Source of the DNA: Planctomycetales bacterium
GTDB taxonomy: Bacteria > 4484-113
DNA length: 64,000 bases
Direction of reading: 5' to 3'
NCBI GenBank assembly: GCA_037441675.1
Contig: JBBIRS010000007.1
Span: 32,001 to 96,000, forward strand
Each line of letters opens with the position of its first letter. Positions within the stretch are counted from its first letter, which is position 1. Below the pieces are notes generated by a model. It worked only from the letters and a program-made list of their open reading frames with translations, was not told where the DNA came from and did not search any database. This document shows positions 1 to 9,020 of the stretch, one piece after another. Position numbers and translations under genes: made by a program.

Positions 1-2
1 AG

Positions 3-1868
3 ATTCACGGAAGGCAGGAAGTTATTAACGCGCTAAGGCGTGGGCTTGGCGAGTTCGCCATTTGCGATGACACCAAGAGCGGTTGGAAGCTATTGGCGGA
101 ATGCAAAGAAGTTTCAGCGGTTGTAATTCGTGGAAAATCAATGATACTTCGTCGCGGGCTTATCAAGAAGGGGGCATCCCCCAAGGGAAGCGCACTCTTT
201 GCCAAACACTCTGAGCTTCCCGTAATTAAGGATGAAATTGATAAGTTGGAGCAGAAGGTTACCGAGCTTCGTGAGAGGATTAACCAGGTGAAGCGAGAGG
301 AGCAAAGGCTCTCTGCGGAAATTGTCGTTTCTGAGAAAACCGTACGAAATCTGCAATCTCTGCTTATTGAAACTAAAACAAGAATTTCCGGACTTACCTC
401 TCGAGATACCACCATTTCGGAGCAGGTGGAAAGAACATCCAAGGAGAAAAAGGAGGTTGAGGAAAGGCTGGCGGTAGTTGTTAATGAGCTCAACGAGGTG
501 GCGAGCGAAATGGAAATTGCGCAGGCAAAGAGGGATAGACTCCTCAAAGAAAAGCTGTCCGCAGAATCATCTCTAAAGGAGCAAAGAGAGAAGTTAAGCG
601 AGATAGAGTTGAAGTATAAGAACGTCTCGGATAGTAGAGTTCAGCTTGCCTTAAAAGTTGATGCCCTATTAAGTGAAATCTCAAAATTTAGGGAAAAGCT
701 TACGGAAGTTAATGAAAATGTGGAAAACCTTGAACTGCAGTATAAAGAGAGCGAGAGTGAACTTGCTAAGGTCTTATCCGATGTGGAAAACGCGTCTCAA
801 AGGGTTAATGAGGTGATAAGGGAGAGGGAGGAGAAAGAGTTTGAGTTGGCTAAATTGCGGGAAAAGGAGGAAGAGCTTGTTGAGCAGAGGGAAAAACTCC
901 GCAGAGAACTTTCGGCGGTGGAAGAATCTCTCAAGAAGTTTAGCGGTGGGACTAGTGAAATAGATGAGCACCTCTGGCAGGCAAAGCAGAACTTTAGCGA
1001 GGCGGTTAAAGAAATTCACCAGAGGTTGGGAGTGAGCATTAGGAGTATGTATAACTCTTTGCGCAAGGATTTTTGCGCGCCAGCTATTCAACCTTCGGAT
1101 TTCTTCCCTACTACAGCTGAAGAGAAGGCTTTAGAGGAAGGAGTGCAGGAGGGTAGCGCCTATCCCCTTGTGTATTACGATGAAACTTCGGAAAATAAGA
1201 TGAAGGAGGAGCTTTTGCGGGTGCAAAAGGCTCTTCAGAATCTCGGGGATGTTAATCCTTTCGCTCCAAAGAGCTATCAGGAGAAGAAGGACTATTACGA
1301 TTTTCTCGCAAGAGAGCGTGAAGAGCTTACTCTTACGCTCAAGGAACTAAGGGCGCTCATCCGTTCCCTGGATGAGAAAACTAAGGATAGATTTGTAAGG
1401 AGTCTCAAGCAGATTGAGGCGAAGTTCAACGAACTTTTCGTTAGACTTTTTGGTGGCGGGTTTGCACGGTTTCGCCTAACTGAACCAGAGGATGTTACTG
1501 CAAGCGGAATTGAGGTAGAGGTGCAACTTCCGGGTGGTAGACGTCAGAATATCCGCGCGCTTTCAGGTGGCGAGAGAAGCCTCCTGTTCATTGCGCTGTT
1601 CTTGGCGGTTCATATCACTAGACCCGGAAGCTTCTGCGTTCTGGATGAGGTGGACGCGGCACTTGATGACTTAAATGTCGCCCGCTTCACTCGCCTGATA
1701 CAGGAGCTTGCCCAAAATGAGCAGTTCATTGTGATTACCCACAACAATAGAACTATGCGAGTAATGGAAAGGCTCATCGGGGTCGTGCATCAACCAAGGG
1801 GCGTGAGCAAGATAATTGACGTAAGCCTGAAGCAGGCGGAAGCTTACGCTGATAGAGGTGCCGCGTAG
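3..1868 (+). CDS. smc: Chromosome segregation protein SMC, C-terminal part (5' end outside the window)
   Basis: Frame is open from position 3. Long coiled coil, then LGDVN, signature LSGGE, Walker B/D-loop CVLDEVDAALD and QFIVITH; directly followed by ftsY. Confidence 0.95.
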   Translation: MHGRQEVINALRRGLGEFAICDDTKSGWKLLAECKEVSAVVIRGKSMILRRGLIKKGASPKGSALFAKHSELPVIKDEIDKLEQKVTELRERINQVKREEQRLSAEIVVSEKTVRNLQSLLIETKTRISGLTSRDTTISEQVERTSKEKKEVEERLAVVVNELNEVASEMEIAQAKRDRLLKEKLSAESSLKEQREKLSEIELKYKNVSDSRVQLALKVDALLSEISKFREKLTEVNENVENLELQYKESESELAKVLSDVENASQRVNEVIREREEKEFELAKLREKEEELVEQREKLRRELSAVEESLKKFSGGTSEIDEHLWQAKQNFSEAVKEIHQRLGVSIRSMYNSLRKDFCAPAIQPSDFFPTTAEEKALEEGVQEGSAYPLVYYDETSENKMKEELLRVQKALQNLGDVNPFAPKSYQEKKDYYDFLAREREELTLTLKELRALIRSLDEKTKDRFVRSLKQIEAKFNELFVRLFGGGFARFRLTEPEDVTASGIEVEVQLPGGRRQNIRALSGGERSLLFIALFLAVHITRPGSFCVLDEVDAALDDLNVARFTRLIQELAQNEQFIVITHNNRTMRVMERLIGVVHQPRGVSKIIDVSLKQAEAYADRGAA

Positions 1869-2795
1869 GTGATTGTTTCCTTCAAGGAGATTTTAGCTAA
1901 GTCCTCGCAAGGATTCTCAAGAATTTTACGGCGTGAAGAAAAAGAGAATAAAATCTCCACGGAGTTTCTGCAAGAACTTGAGGACACATTGGTATTGGCG
2001 GATGTTGGTGTTGAGCTTGCAAGTTCGTTAATCAAAGAGATTCGGCGAAAATGGAATTCTCAAAAAATAACAACAAAGGAAGAGGCGAAAGAAATGCTTG
2101 TGCAAGCGCTGATTGATACTGTGAATCTTCCCAAGCCTGAATCGCTTTTATACGAAGATAAGCTGAACGTGTATCTCTTTGCTGGAGTAAACGGGGTGGG
2201 CAAGACCACAATTTTGGCGAAATTCGCCCACAGGCTGATGAAGGCTGGAGTTAGGGTTATTTCTGCCTGCGCGGATACATTTCGTGCGGCGGCGGCAGAG
2301 CAACTTACCATCTTGGGCAAGCAGGTTGGCTTTCCAGTTGTCGCAGGCGAGAGGAATGTCGAGCCTGCAAGCGTTGTATTTCATGGCTTTGAAAGGGCGG
2401 TTAGCGAGGGCTATTCCGCGCTCCTAATTGACACCGCAGGAAGAATGCAGACTAAGAAGAATTTGATGGATGAGCTTGGCAAAATTTCACGAGCTAGCAG
2501 AAAAGCTCTTTCTAAGATGGACGTGGATGAGAAGAAAATAAATGAGATGAATTTTCTCGTCCTTGACGGGACAACGGGTCAGAACGCGATTGCGCAGGCG
2601 AAGGTATTTTCCGAAGCGGTTGCACTCACTGGAATCATCCTCAACAAAATTGATGGCACGGCAAAGGGAGGGGTAATCTTCCCAGTGGTGGAGGCAACTC
2701 GCTTGCCGGTTCTTTTTCTCGGCTGTGGCGAAGAAATTGAGGATATCTTGGAGTTTGACGCAATTGAGTTCGTGCGAAATTTGCTTGGTGTGTGA
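1869..2795 (+). CDS. ftsY: Signal recognition particle receptor FtsY
   Basis: GVNGVGKTT, DTFRAAA, DTAGR, DGTTGQNA and KIDGTAKGG motifs; GTG start immediately after the smc stop. Confidence 0.97.
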   Translation: MIVSFKEILAKSSQGFSRILRREEKENKISTEFLQELEDTLVLADVGVELASSLIKEIRRKWNSQKITTKEEAKEMLVQALIDTVNLPKPESLLYEDKLNVYLFAGVNGVGKTTILAKFAHRLMKAGVRVISACADTFRAAAAEQLTILGKQVGFPVVAGERNVEPASVVFHGFERAVSEGYSALLIDTAGRMQTKKNLMDELGKISRASRKALSKMDVDEKKINEMNFLVLDGTTGQNAIAQAKVFSEAVALTGIILNKIDGTAKGGVIFPVVEATRLPVLFLGCGEEIEDILEFDAIEFVRNLLGV

Positions 2796-2890
2796 TGCAA
2801 TCGTCATTGTCGCAGTTCCTCGCCGGTTTCCCCCGGTAGAGGGAAGTGCAGTCTTAAGTTGTCCTGTCTTAATCGTTATTCGTTAAATCT

Positions 2891-3090
2891 GTAGGGAGAC
2901 CACCTGTGGGTCGCCGTCATCCCATTCATCTTGGGGGGCAGATGTCCCCTTCAGGGTGAACCCGCCCTCAATGTTGGGTGAGACAACGACTAGGTATAAA
3001 ACCCCGCCCTACAATCACGGCGTCATACAAGTTGACGCCCCGCCTATTGCGGGCAAGCCCGCCATTGCGAGTAAACCCTCCGCCCCACAG
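2891..3090. repeat. REP/REPIN-like composite repeat, locus 1
   Basis: GTAGGGAGACCACCTGTGGGTCGCC at 2891, GTCCCCTTCAGGGTGAACCCGC at 2944-2965, GTTGGGTGAGACAACG at 2973-2988, CGCCCTAC at 3005-3012; these modules recur at the other loci. Confidence 0.75.
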
Positions 3091-3175
3091 GGGAGTGGGA
3101 AGGCTTTGCAGTGCAAATTTTACAAAAATTTGATAATCTTGTATCCTCAATAAATTTTGAAGGTCGTGAAAATAA

Positions 3176-6088
3176 ATGAAAACTAAAACTTATCTTAGTT
3201 CCCGCACATTAATCGCTGTCAATCTCGCGATTCTATTAGTTAGCTGTGCCAAATCAAATTTAGGATTGATAAGTGGCACAACGGGCAGTTTCTCAAGCCG
3301 ATACCCTCCAACATTTTCTCAAAATGCACAAGCTAATCTTAAATCTATTGATTCTGTCATTTCCGAACTAATGAATATGCCTAAACCTGATGGGGTTAGT
3401 GAGGAGGATTACAGGCTAATTAAGGAAGCCTTACGCGCTGAGCTAATTTCCCATGGAATTTCCAGATTAGCCTTGAAGGCGCCAACGGGGGCAGTGAACA
3501 AGGTCAACGATATATCCATAACGGATAACCGCAACGGGACGGTTGACATCTCATGGTCTTATCGTAATCAGGGCGATTACAACCAGGATGGCACGGTTAA
3601 CATTTCTGATGTATCAATACTGGCAACGCACTTTCATCGGAAGAAGAATCCGCAGACTTTAGAATGGGATGACCCTGTTGACGAAGTGATTGACGGTGAT
3701 GGTTCAGGGGTAATCAACATTAGCGACGTCTCACCGCTTGCACTTGGCTTTTTCAGCAACGTTAGCTTTTACCGATTGTTCGGCGCGCCCTCGCCTGAGG
3801 GCCCTTTTACTCCCATTGTTGATATTCCATTCCTAAGCGGAACGGGGGCTGGAAGGAAGATTTTCACCGCTGAAGATATTTCATCCCCGCCTAACTTCTT
3901 GAAGGTTCAACCCTTTGACAGTCGGGGCAATGGAGGCATTGAATCAGACATAGTGCCCCTTTCAGCGGAAGAACCACCCCACATTCTTGGCGTTGCTCCA
4001 CTTAGGGGACAGGCTGGTGAGAGCGTTACATTCATAGCAACAGTAGTTGGCACTCCTCCGTTCACTTATCTCTGGGATTTCGGTGGTGGCGCATCGCCAA
4101 ATACTAGCTCTGATGAAACACCTTCTGTCACGCTTTCCTTTACTCCTGCAATCTATCAGGCTAGCTTGAGCGTGTCAAACGAGTTCGGAAGCGACACCCT
4201 TAACTTTGATTTGGAAGTTTTTGCTGAACAAACACTTAGCCTAGCTCTCGGCGAGGTTATTGAACTAGCTGGAATAACTGGCGAAGAAAACCTGCTTCTT
4301 TCCACTTCCGAGGATGAGGAGTACGTGCTAGTCTTGTCTGGAATAAGCCAAGTTGAGGAGGGAAATGTTCCACCTGATTTCACCGCTGAGGTGGGCTATG
4401 GAGCAGGCGGGGTTAGCAAGATGACACATTCTATTCAGAGGCATAACTTTTCGCGGGGGCTTCGTGGCGATTATCATCAGTCAGATATACACACTAAGTC
4501 TGAACTTGAAGAAATACTAAAGAAGATACCAAAGAAGCGTAAAGCGGTTCAAAGGCGGGTGAGTAATATTGGTGATACAAGGCTATTCAGATTTGCTTTC
4601 AACCCATCCGCAGAGGCAAAGACCGCAACTTTGCGCGCTGAAGCTTCACTCTGTGAGCTTTGGGTGGATGATAGAGTTCCCCTAAGTGGAGAAGATGGTA
4701 TCTCAACGTCTTTTCTAAACACTATGGTGGGTTACGTCAACGATGTAATAATTCCCCGGGAACTTGAGAAGTTTGGCGCGCTATATGAGCCTGACAACGA
4801 TGGAAAGCTAATTATTCTATTCACCATTGAAATAAATAAACTTCCAGGCGCTATAGGCGGATTCTTTAGCGAAAAGGACTTCTTTCCGGAGGTGTACCCA
4901 GAAGGGAATGGAGCGGATATTGTTTACGTTCAAGTTCCTGATACAAGAGGTGTTTATGATTCAGGTTGGATTGTGACGCAGGAGGAGTTTCAGGCTTCTG
5001 CGCCTGCTATTGTTGCGCATGAGCTTCAGCATTTAATCAACTCAAGTAATCACATTCGTTTTTGGGAGACGCACGGAGGTCCTCAATTCTTTGAGGAGTT
5101 TTGGCTGAATGAAGCATTATCACACTTTGCGGAGGATTTCACTGGCTTTCAACCACCAAACAACTTTACCTCGCCGGAGGCTTTTCTCAGCACTTCACCA
5201 TGGGTTTACCTGCCTGGGGGAGACGAGGAAAATCCCATACCTGAAAGGCGAGGTGCGGGGTATCTCTTCCTTCGCTACTTAATTGATCGCTTCGGCTCAA
5301 GCATCCTAAGCGATTTATCCATGCGTGATGAGGATGTTGAGATATTGAAGGGCTGGGAAAACGTTGAAAACGCATGCGGTGCGCCTCTTGGGGAACTCTT
5401 ACTCTCATGGGGAATGGCTATGGAGCTTAGTAGTCTGAACGTTGATCCACAAAACAGCGTTTACACTTATCGCCCCGTGAGCATTGATTCTCAAACTCAA
5501 GCCCAACACGGCATCCGCTTTCGTTCTATGAATCAGCCTTTCAGCGGGGAAGCAAAAGCTGTATCCGAGCCTCTTTTCTTTACGCTAAGTCCTGACACTG
5601 CATCCAGTCTAGCTCTTACCGCTAAGGTGAATACGCTTCTCTTTTTCAGGCTGGTGAATTTAACGCCAAGAAATTCTGCGAGGCTTTCCATACGAAATTC
5701 TTCGCCCTATCCCATAAGTGCACTCTTGGCTCGTGTGGACACTGGTGAGTTTCTAGCGGAGCCAGCTGGTGATTTAACTCCAGGCAAAGTGGTACTGGCT
5801 AATCTTTCAAGTCCTTCCGAGCTCGATGAGTTTAACCTTCAAGGGGTAGCAGGTTTTTACATCTTTCGGCTTGTCGCACTTAGTCCCACGATTGAAAACT
5901 TCACGTTTACCATCGTAGATACGGAGTTTCCCAATATGGTTTTTCATCCTTACAACAGTGACGAGCCACCGCCGGGTGTTTACATCGCTAGAATTGAAAT
6001 CCAAAATAGTGGCACTTATCCATTGAAAATTGCGTCAACGAACAACCAAACAGGCTGGTATAGCTTCCAAGTGATAGAAGCAAGATAG
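3176..6088 (+). CDS. Lipoprotein with dockerin/EF-hand-like repeats, a PKD domain and a zinc metallopeptidase domain (M30-like)
   Basis: Lipobox-like LLVSC; GDYNQDGTVNISD and DGDGSGVINISD; YLWDFGGG (PKD); AHELQHLI followed by WLNEALSHFAE. Confidence 0.75.
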   Translation: MKTKTYLSSRTLIAVNLAILLVSCAKSNLGLISGTTGSFSSRYPPTFSQNAQANLKSIDSVISELMNMPKPDGVSEEDYRLIKEALRAELISHGISRLALKAPTGAVNKVNDISITDNRNGTVDISWSYRNQGDYNQDGTVNISDVSILATHFHRKKNPQTLEWDDPVDEVIDGDGSGVINISDVSPLALGFFSNVSFYRLFGAPSPEGPFTPIVDIPFLSGTGAGRKIFTAEDISSPPNFLKVQPFDSRGNGGIESDIVPLSAEEPPHILGVAPLRGQAGESVTFIATVVGTPPFTYLWDFGGGASPNTSSDETPSVTLSFTPAIYQASLSVSNEFGSDTLNFDLEVFAEQTLSLALGEVIELAGITGEENLLLSTSEDEEYVLVLSGISQVEEGNVPPDFTAEVGYGAGGVSKMTHSIQRHNFSRGLRGDYHQSDIHTKSELEEILKKIPKKRKAVQRRVSNIGDTRLFRFAFNPSAEAKTATLRAEASLCELWVDDRVPLSGEDGISTSFLNTMVGYVNDVIIPRELEKFGALYEPDNDGKLIILFTIEINKLPGAIGGFFSEKDFFPEVYPEGNGADIVYVQVPDTRGVYDSGWIVTQEEFQASAPAIVAHELQHLINSSNHIRFWETHGGPQFFEEFWLNEALSHFAEDFTGFQPPNNFTSPEAFLSTSPWVYLPGGDEENPIPERRGAGYLFLRYLIDRFGSSILSDLSMRDEDVEILKGWENVENACGAPLGELLLSWGMAMELSSLNVDPQNSVYTYRPVSIDSQTQAQHGIRFRSMNQPFSGEAKAVSEPLFFTLSPDTASSLALTAKVNTLLFFRLVNLTPRNSARLSIRNSSPYPISALLARVDTGEFLAEPAGDLTPGKVVLANLSSPSELDEFNLQGVAGFYIFRLVALSPTIENFTFTIVDTEFPNMVFHPYNSDEPPPGVYIARIEIQNSGTYPLKIASTNNQTGWYSFQVIEAR

Positions 6089-6192
6089 GATGATTGGGCT
6101 CTGATAGCAACCCACGCGCTGTTTAATTTTGGTGAAACAGCAAAAGCTATTGCGGTAGCTAAAGAGAGATGAGGGCTAGCACATTTAACTTT

Positions 6193-7239
6193 TCAGTAGA
6201 CCTCTACCGCCTGGGTTGAAGCTACGAAGCTTTTACCCTCCTCCCCCTTGACTACGATAAAGATGTAGTATAGACCGGGCTTTGCTAAATCGTTCACATT
6301 CATAGCCTTGCTTGGGGAGTTTATATCTTGCCCATAGGCATCCATAAATGCTTCAGAGATGCTAAACTCCCCGTGAACTCTGTTTCTTGCTCGGTCATAA
6401 TTAACATAGTAAGCGGTGGGTAGGTCTTTCAGCTTCCTTATGTATTTTTCGCTGAATGGAAGTATCCCTAAAGTCGCGTTAGGTAATTTGTATCCACTAA
6501 GCTCTGAGTTAAGCACATCAGGCTTTTGCGGTTTTGGAAAGTCATCTCTAGCAATAAGGATAGTGTCAAAAGTAAATCCATCCTGTATGTTTCCCGCAAT
6601 TCTCAGTTTATCGTTAGCGCTGATCCGCGAGGGAATTTTCTCAAAATCTGCGTAATCATCAACGAACTCCTGAGCAGCGGTTAGAGTTGTTCTACTCTCG
6701 GTTCTCTCTATGTAAATCGCGATGCCAACCTGGTTATGAACGGGATTGAGGATGTTCTTGCGGTGTCCTTCACTTTCCATCCAACCGTTAAAGATGTCCT
6801 CCACTAGCTTCTCCGTGAGATAAGCGTCAAGTCCCCACTCCCAATAGGCGAGGTTTTCGCTAATGTGGTCTGTTCCCCCAACGCGGTTGAAGCGCTTTAT
6901 AGGTAGGTCGCCATTTAAGCTTAGATGAGAGATGAAGTGGTTGGTTGCCATTTCCCTCGCATGCGCGTAACCTGCTCTTCTTGCGATGGCATTTGGACGA
7001 AGGGGAATGAGCCCTGCCTCTTTCCTGACTTTATTTACAAGCATAAGTAGAATCTCCTCTGCTCTTTCCTCGCTAATCTGTTCGGTTTCAGCTCCGTATT
7101 TCCTTATGAACTCTTCCTTTGTGATTTTTTGCTCAGTCCACTTTCCCTTGTCAGAGCTTGCTAATGTAAATATTGGGCTGAGCCCAATTATTGCCACAGA
7201 GAGAATAATTAACGCGGTTATGTATCTTAGTCTAAACAC
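6193..7239 (-). CDS. Secreted CAP (SCP-like) domain protein
   Basis: Signal peptide; LVNKVRKEAGL, HAREMA..HFISH, ENLA, GWMESEGHRKNILNP..VGIAI. Confidence 0.88.
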   Translation of the reverse strand: MFRLRYITALIILSVAIIGLSPIFTLASSDKGKWTEQKITKEEFIRKYGAETEQISEERAEEILLMLVNKVRKEAGLIPLRPNAIARRAGYAHAREMATNHFISHLSLNGDLPIKRFNRVGGTDHISENLAYWEWGLDAYLTEKLVEDIFNGWMESEGHRKNILNPVHNQVGIAIYIERTESRTTLTAAQEFVDDYADFEKIPSRISANDKLRIAGNIQDGFTFDTILIARDDFPKPQKPDVLNSELSGYKLPNATLGILPFSEKYIRKLKDLPTAYYVNYDRARNRVHGEFSISEAFMDAYGQDINSPSKAMNVNDLAKPGLYYIFIVVKGEEGKSFVASTQAVEVY

Positions 7240-7292
7240 GAAGGATAAAAATTATAACTATAAGAGCTTATCAAGACAAGTTGCTTAATCTA

Positions 7293-8648
7293 TTAGATTG
7301 CCCAGTAGAGTTCCGCTGGATTTTTTCGGTTCACTATTGGCGGTTTGCCGGTGAAGCACTCTTTGGCATAGTGCATATCAAGAACGCCTGATATTTTCGG
7401 ATTGAGAATCTCTTTAGCATCGGAAAAGATTGCATTAGAGGCGACTCTCTTCACGCCTATTAAAATATGGGCAAAAAGTCTCTCAACGCTGGGAAGAAAG
7501 ACTCTATTTACTCTCTGTCTAATCTCTGAGAACTTAATAAAACTCAGGCGAGCCTTTTCCCGAAACTTCAAGTCCTCATTCTTGAATTCTTCTTCTGAAA
7601 GATTAAAGCCAACCTTCTTTAGCGCTTCCATTTCCCTACCCTGAGATATCAAGGAGAATGATAGTAACTCCGCAAGCAGAGGTTCCGCAGTTGGGTCAAC
7701 TTTTTCAATTTCTACCTCATTGAGAGGCTCATCCGTGGACCACTTATAGATCAACCTTACAAGAAGAGAAAAACCCTCCTTCGCCAGCAGAATTTCCTCA
7801 CGGCTAGCAAGGTTACTAGCCTCCAAGAAGAGGTAAAGTGAGTAATTCTCCTCGAAGCTAAAATGGCTAGGAAGAAAAATTCCAAGGGCCTTCTGGTTTA
7901 TCTCGCTTCCATTAAGAAAATTCAAAAAGTTTTCCACTAGCCTAAATTCAGCGCTAGTTTCAGGAAGAAAAAGATCTTTAATGTCGCCAAAGATTCCAAA
8001 CCCGTGATGCGGATTTTCAACAAGAGCTTCAAGGATGCATCTTACGATATGGAGGCGCTTGTCCCCCCTTGAGATTGCGCGAACATCCAAGTAGGTTCTC
8101 GTGTATTCCTCCATCTCTCCTTCCAAAACAAAGGAGCACATATTAAAAATGCCAGCCTTCACCAGGTTGTTTCTTATCTCATCAACTTCCCTCTGCTGTT
8201 TTTCGTAACTGGCGTTTGCCTCATCTAGAGATTTGACAATCTTATTGCGCTCCTGTTCCACTTCAGTAACTTTAAGCTGAGCGGATGCAACCATTTCATC
8301 CAGCGCGCGAATTTTTTCCTCATACTCCTTCTCCTTCTTAGTCTTCAGGGTGAGGAAAAAGACGCGCCTAGGTTTGGGTCTTGGATTATGTTCCTCAAAT
8401 ATCTTTCTATCAGCTTTAACCATACTGAAACTTGCTCTAACTTTTTCCAACTTTTCCCTTAGAATCTTGGAGCTTTCTCTAAGCTCGCTCTTCTTCTTCA
8501 TAAGCTCAGTTAGTATGGAGAGGGCAAGATGGAATTTCCTTGAGAGGACTGAGAAATCCTCATTGCCAGGAGGAGGGGCGTAAATGGTGGCAAGCAGAGG
8601 AATTAAGAACTCCCTCGCGCGAAAGTTTGGCCTTAGTGGATAATGCAC
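7293..8648 (-). CDS. Hypothetical protein with N-terminal coiled coil
   Basis: 451-aa ORF with a charged heptad-like segment; TGTTAGAAT lies 6 nt upstream of the GTG start. Confidence 0.7.
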   Translation of the reverse strand: MHYPLRPNFRAREFLIPLLATIYAPPPGNEDFSVLSRKFHLALSILTELMKKKSELRESSKILREKLEKVRASFSMVKADRKIFEEHNPRPKPRRVFFLTLKTKKEKEYEEKIRALDEMVASAQLKVTEVEQERNKIVKSLDEANASYEKQQREVDEIRNNLVKAGIFNMCSFVLEGEMEEYTRTYLDVRAISRGDKRLHIVRCILEALVENPHHGFGIFGDIKDLFLPETSAEFRLVENFLNFLNGSEINQKALGIFLPSHFSFEENYSLYLFLEASNLASREEILLAKEGFSLLVRLIYKWSTDEPLNEVEIEKVDPTAEPLLAELLSFSLISQGREMEALKKVGFNLSEEEFKNEDLKFREKARLSFIKFSEIRQRVNRVFLPSVERLFAHILIGVKRVASNAIFSDAKEILNPKISGVLDMHYAKECFTGKPPIVNRKNPAELYWAI

Positions 8649-8744
8649 AATTCCATTCTAACATCTATTTGAGCTAATTTGGTGTTTCCTGAAGGGAGGA
8701 GAAGACAGTAGGCAGATTTGTGTCAGTAGGGGGAAATGAGGAAG

Positions 8745-8895
8745 GGCACGGGCGGGGACGGGCGTGATACAAATAAAGGTACTGTAGGGTGCGAACTCGT
8801 ATCGCGCAGAAACCGCGGGGTGCAAGCCCCAGCTTTACAGGTTGGGTGAGGCAACGGCGGAGGGCAAGTCCCCTTCAGGGTGAACCCGCACTTAA
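8745..8895. repeat. REP/REPIN-like composite repeat, locus 2
   Basis: GACGGGCGTGATAC at 8757-8770, GTAGGGTGCGAACTCGTATCGCGC at 8784-8807, GTTGGGTGAGGCAACGGCGG...GTCCCCTTCAGGGTGAACCCGC at 8841-8889. Confidence 0.75.
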
Positions 8896-9020
8896 GGTTG
8901 AAAACCCAGAGCGTTGTCTCATTGGCACTTTATAGCTTAGGACAAGAATAAGCGATAGTACACCTCTTGCCCCTGCGGTTTCAAATTTCAATTCAGAAAG
9001 TTTTCAACTCTCCCAAAGAA

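Noticed and set aside
2796..3175. SRP RNA (ffs) next to ftsY, or small ORFs 2956..3153 and 2968..3150
   Set aside because: No SRP domain IV motif (CAGG..GGAA..AGCAG); the ORFs run through repeat modules and resemble no protein.
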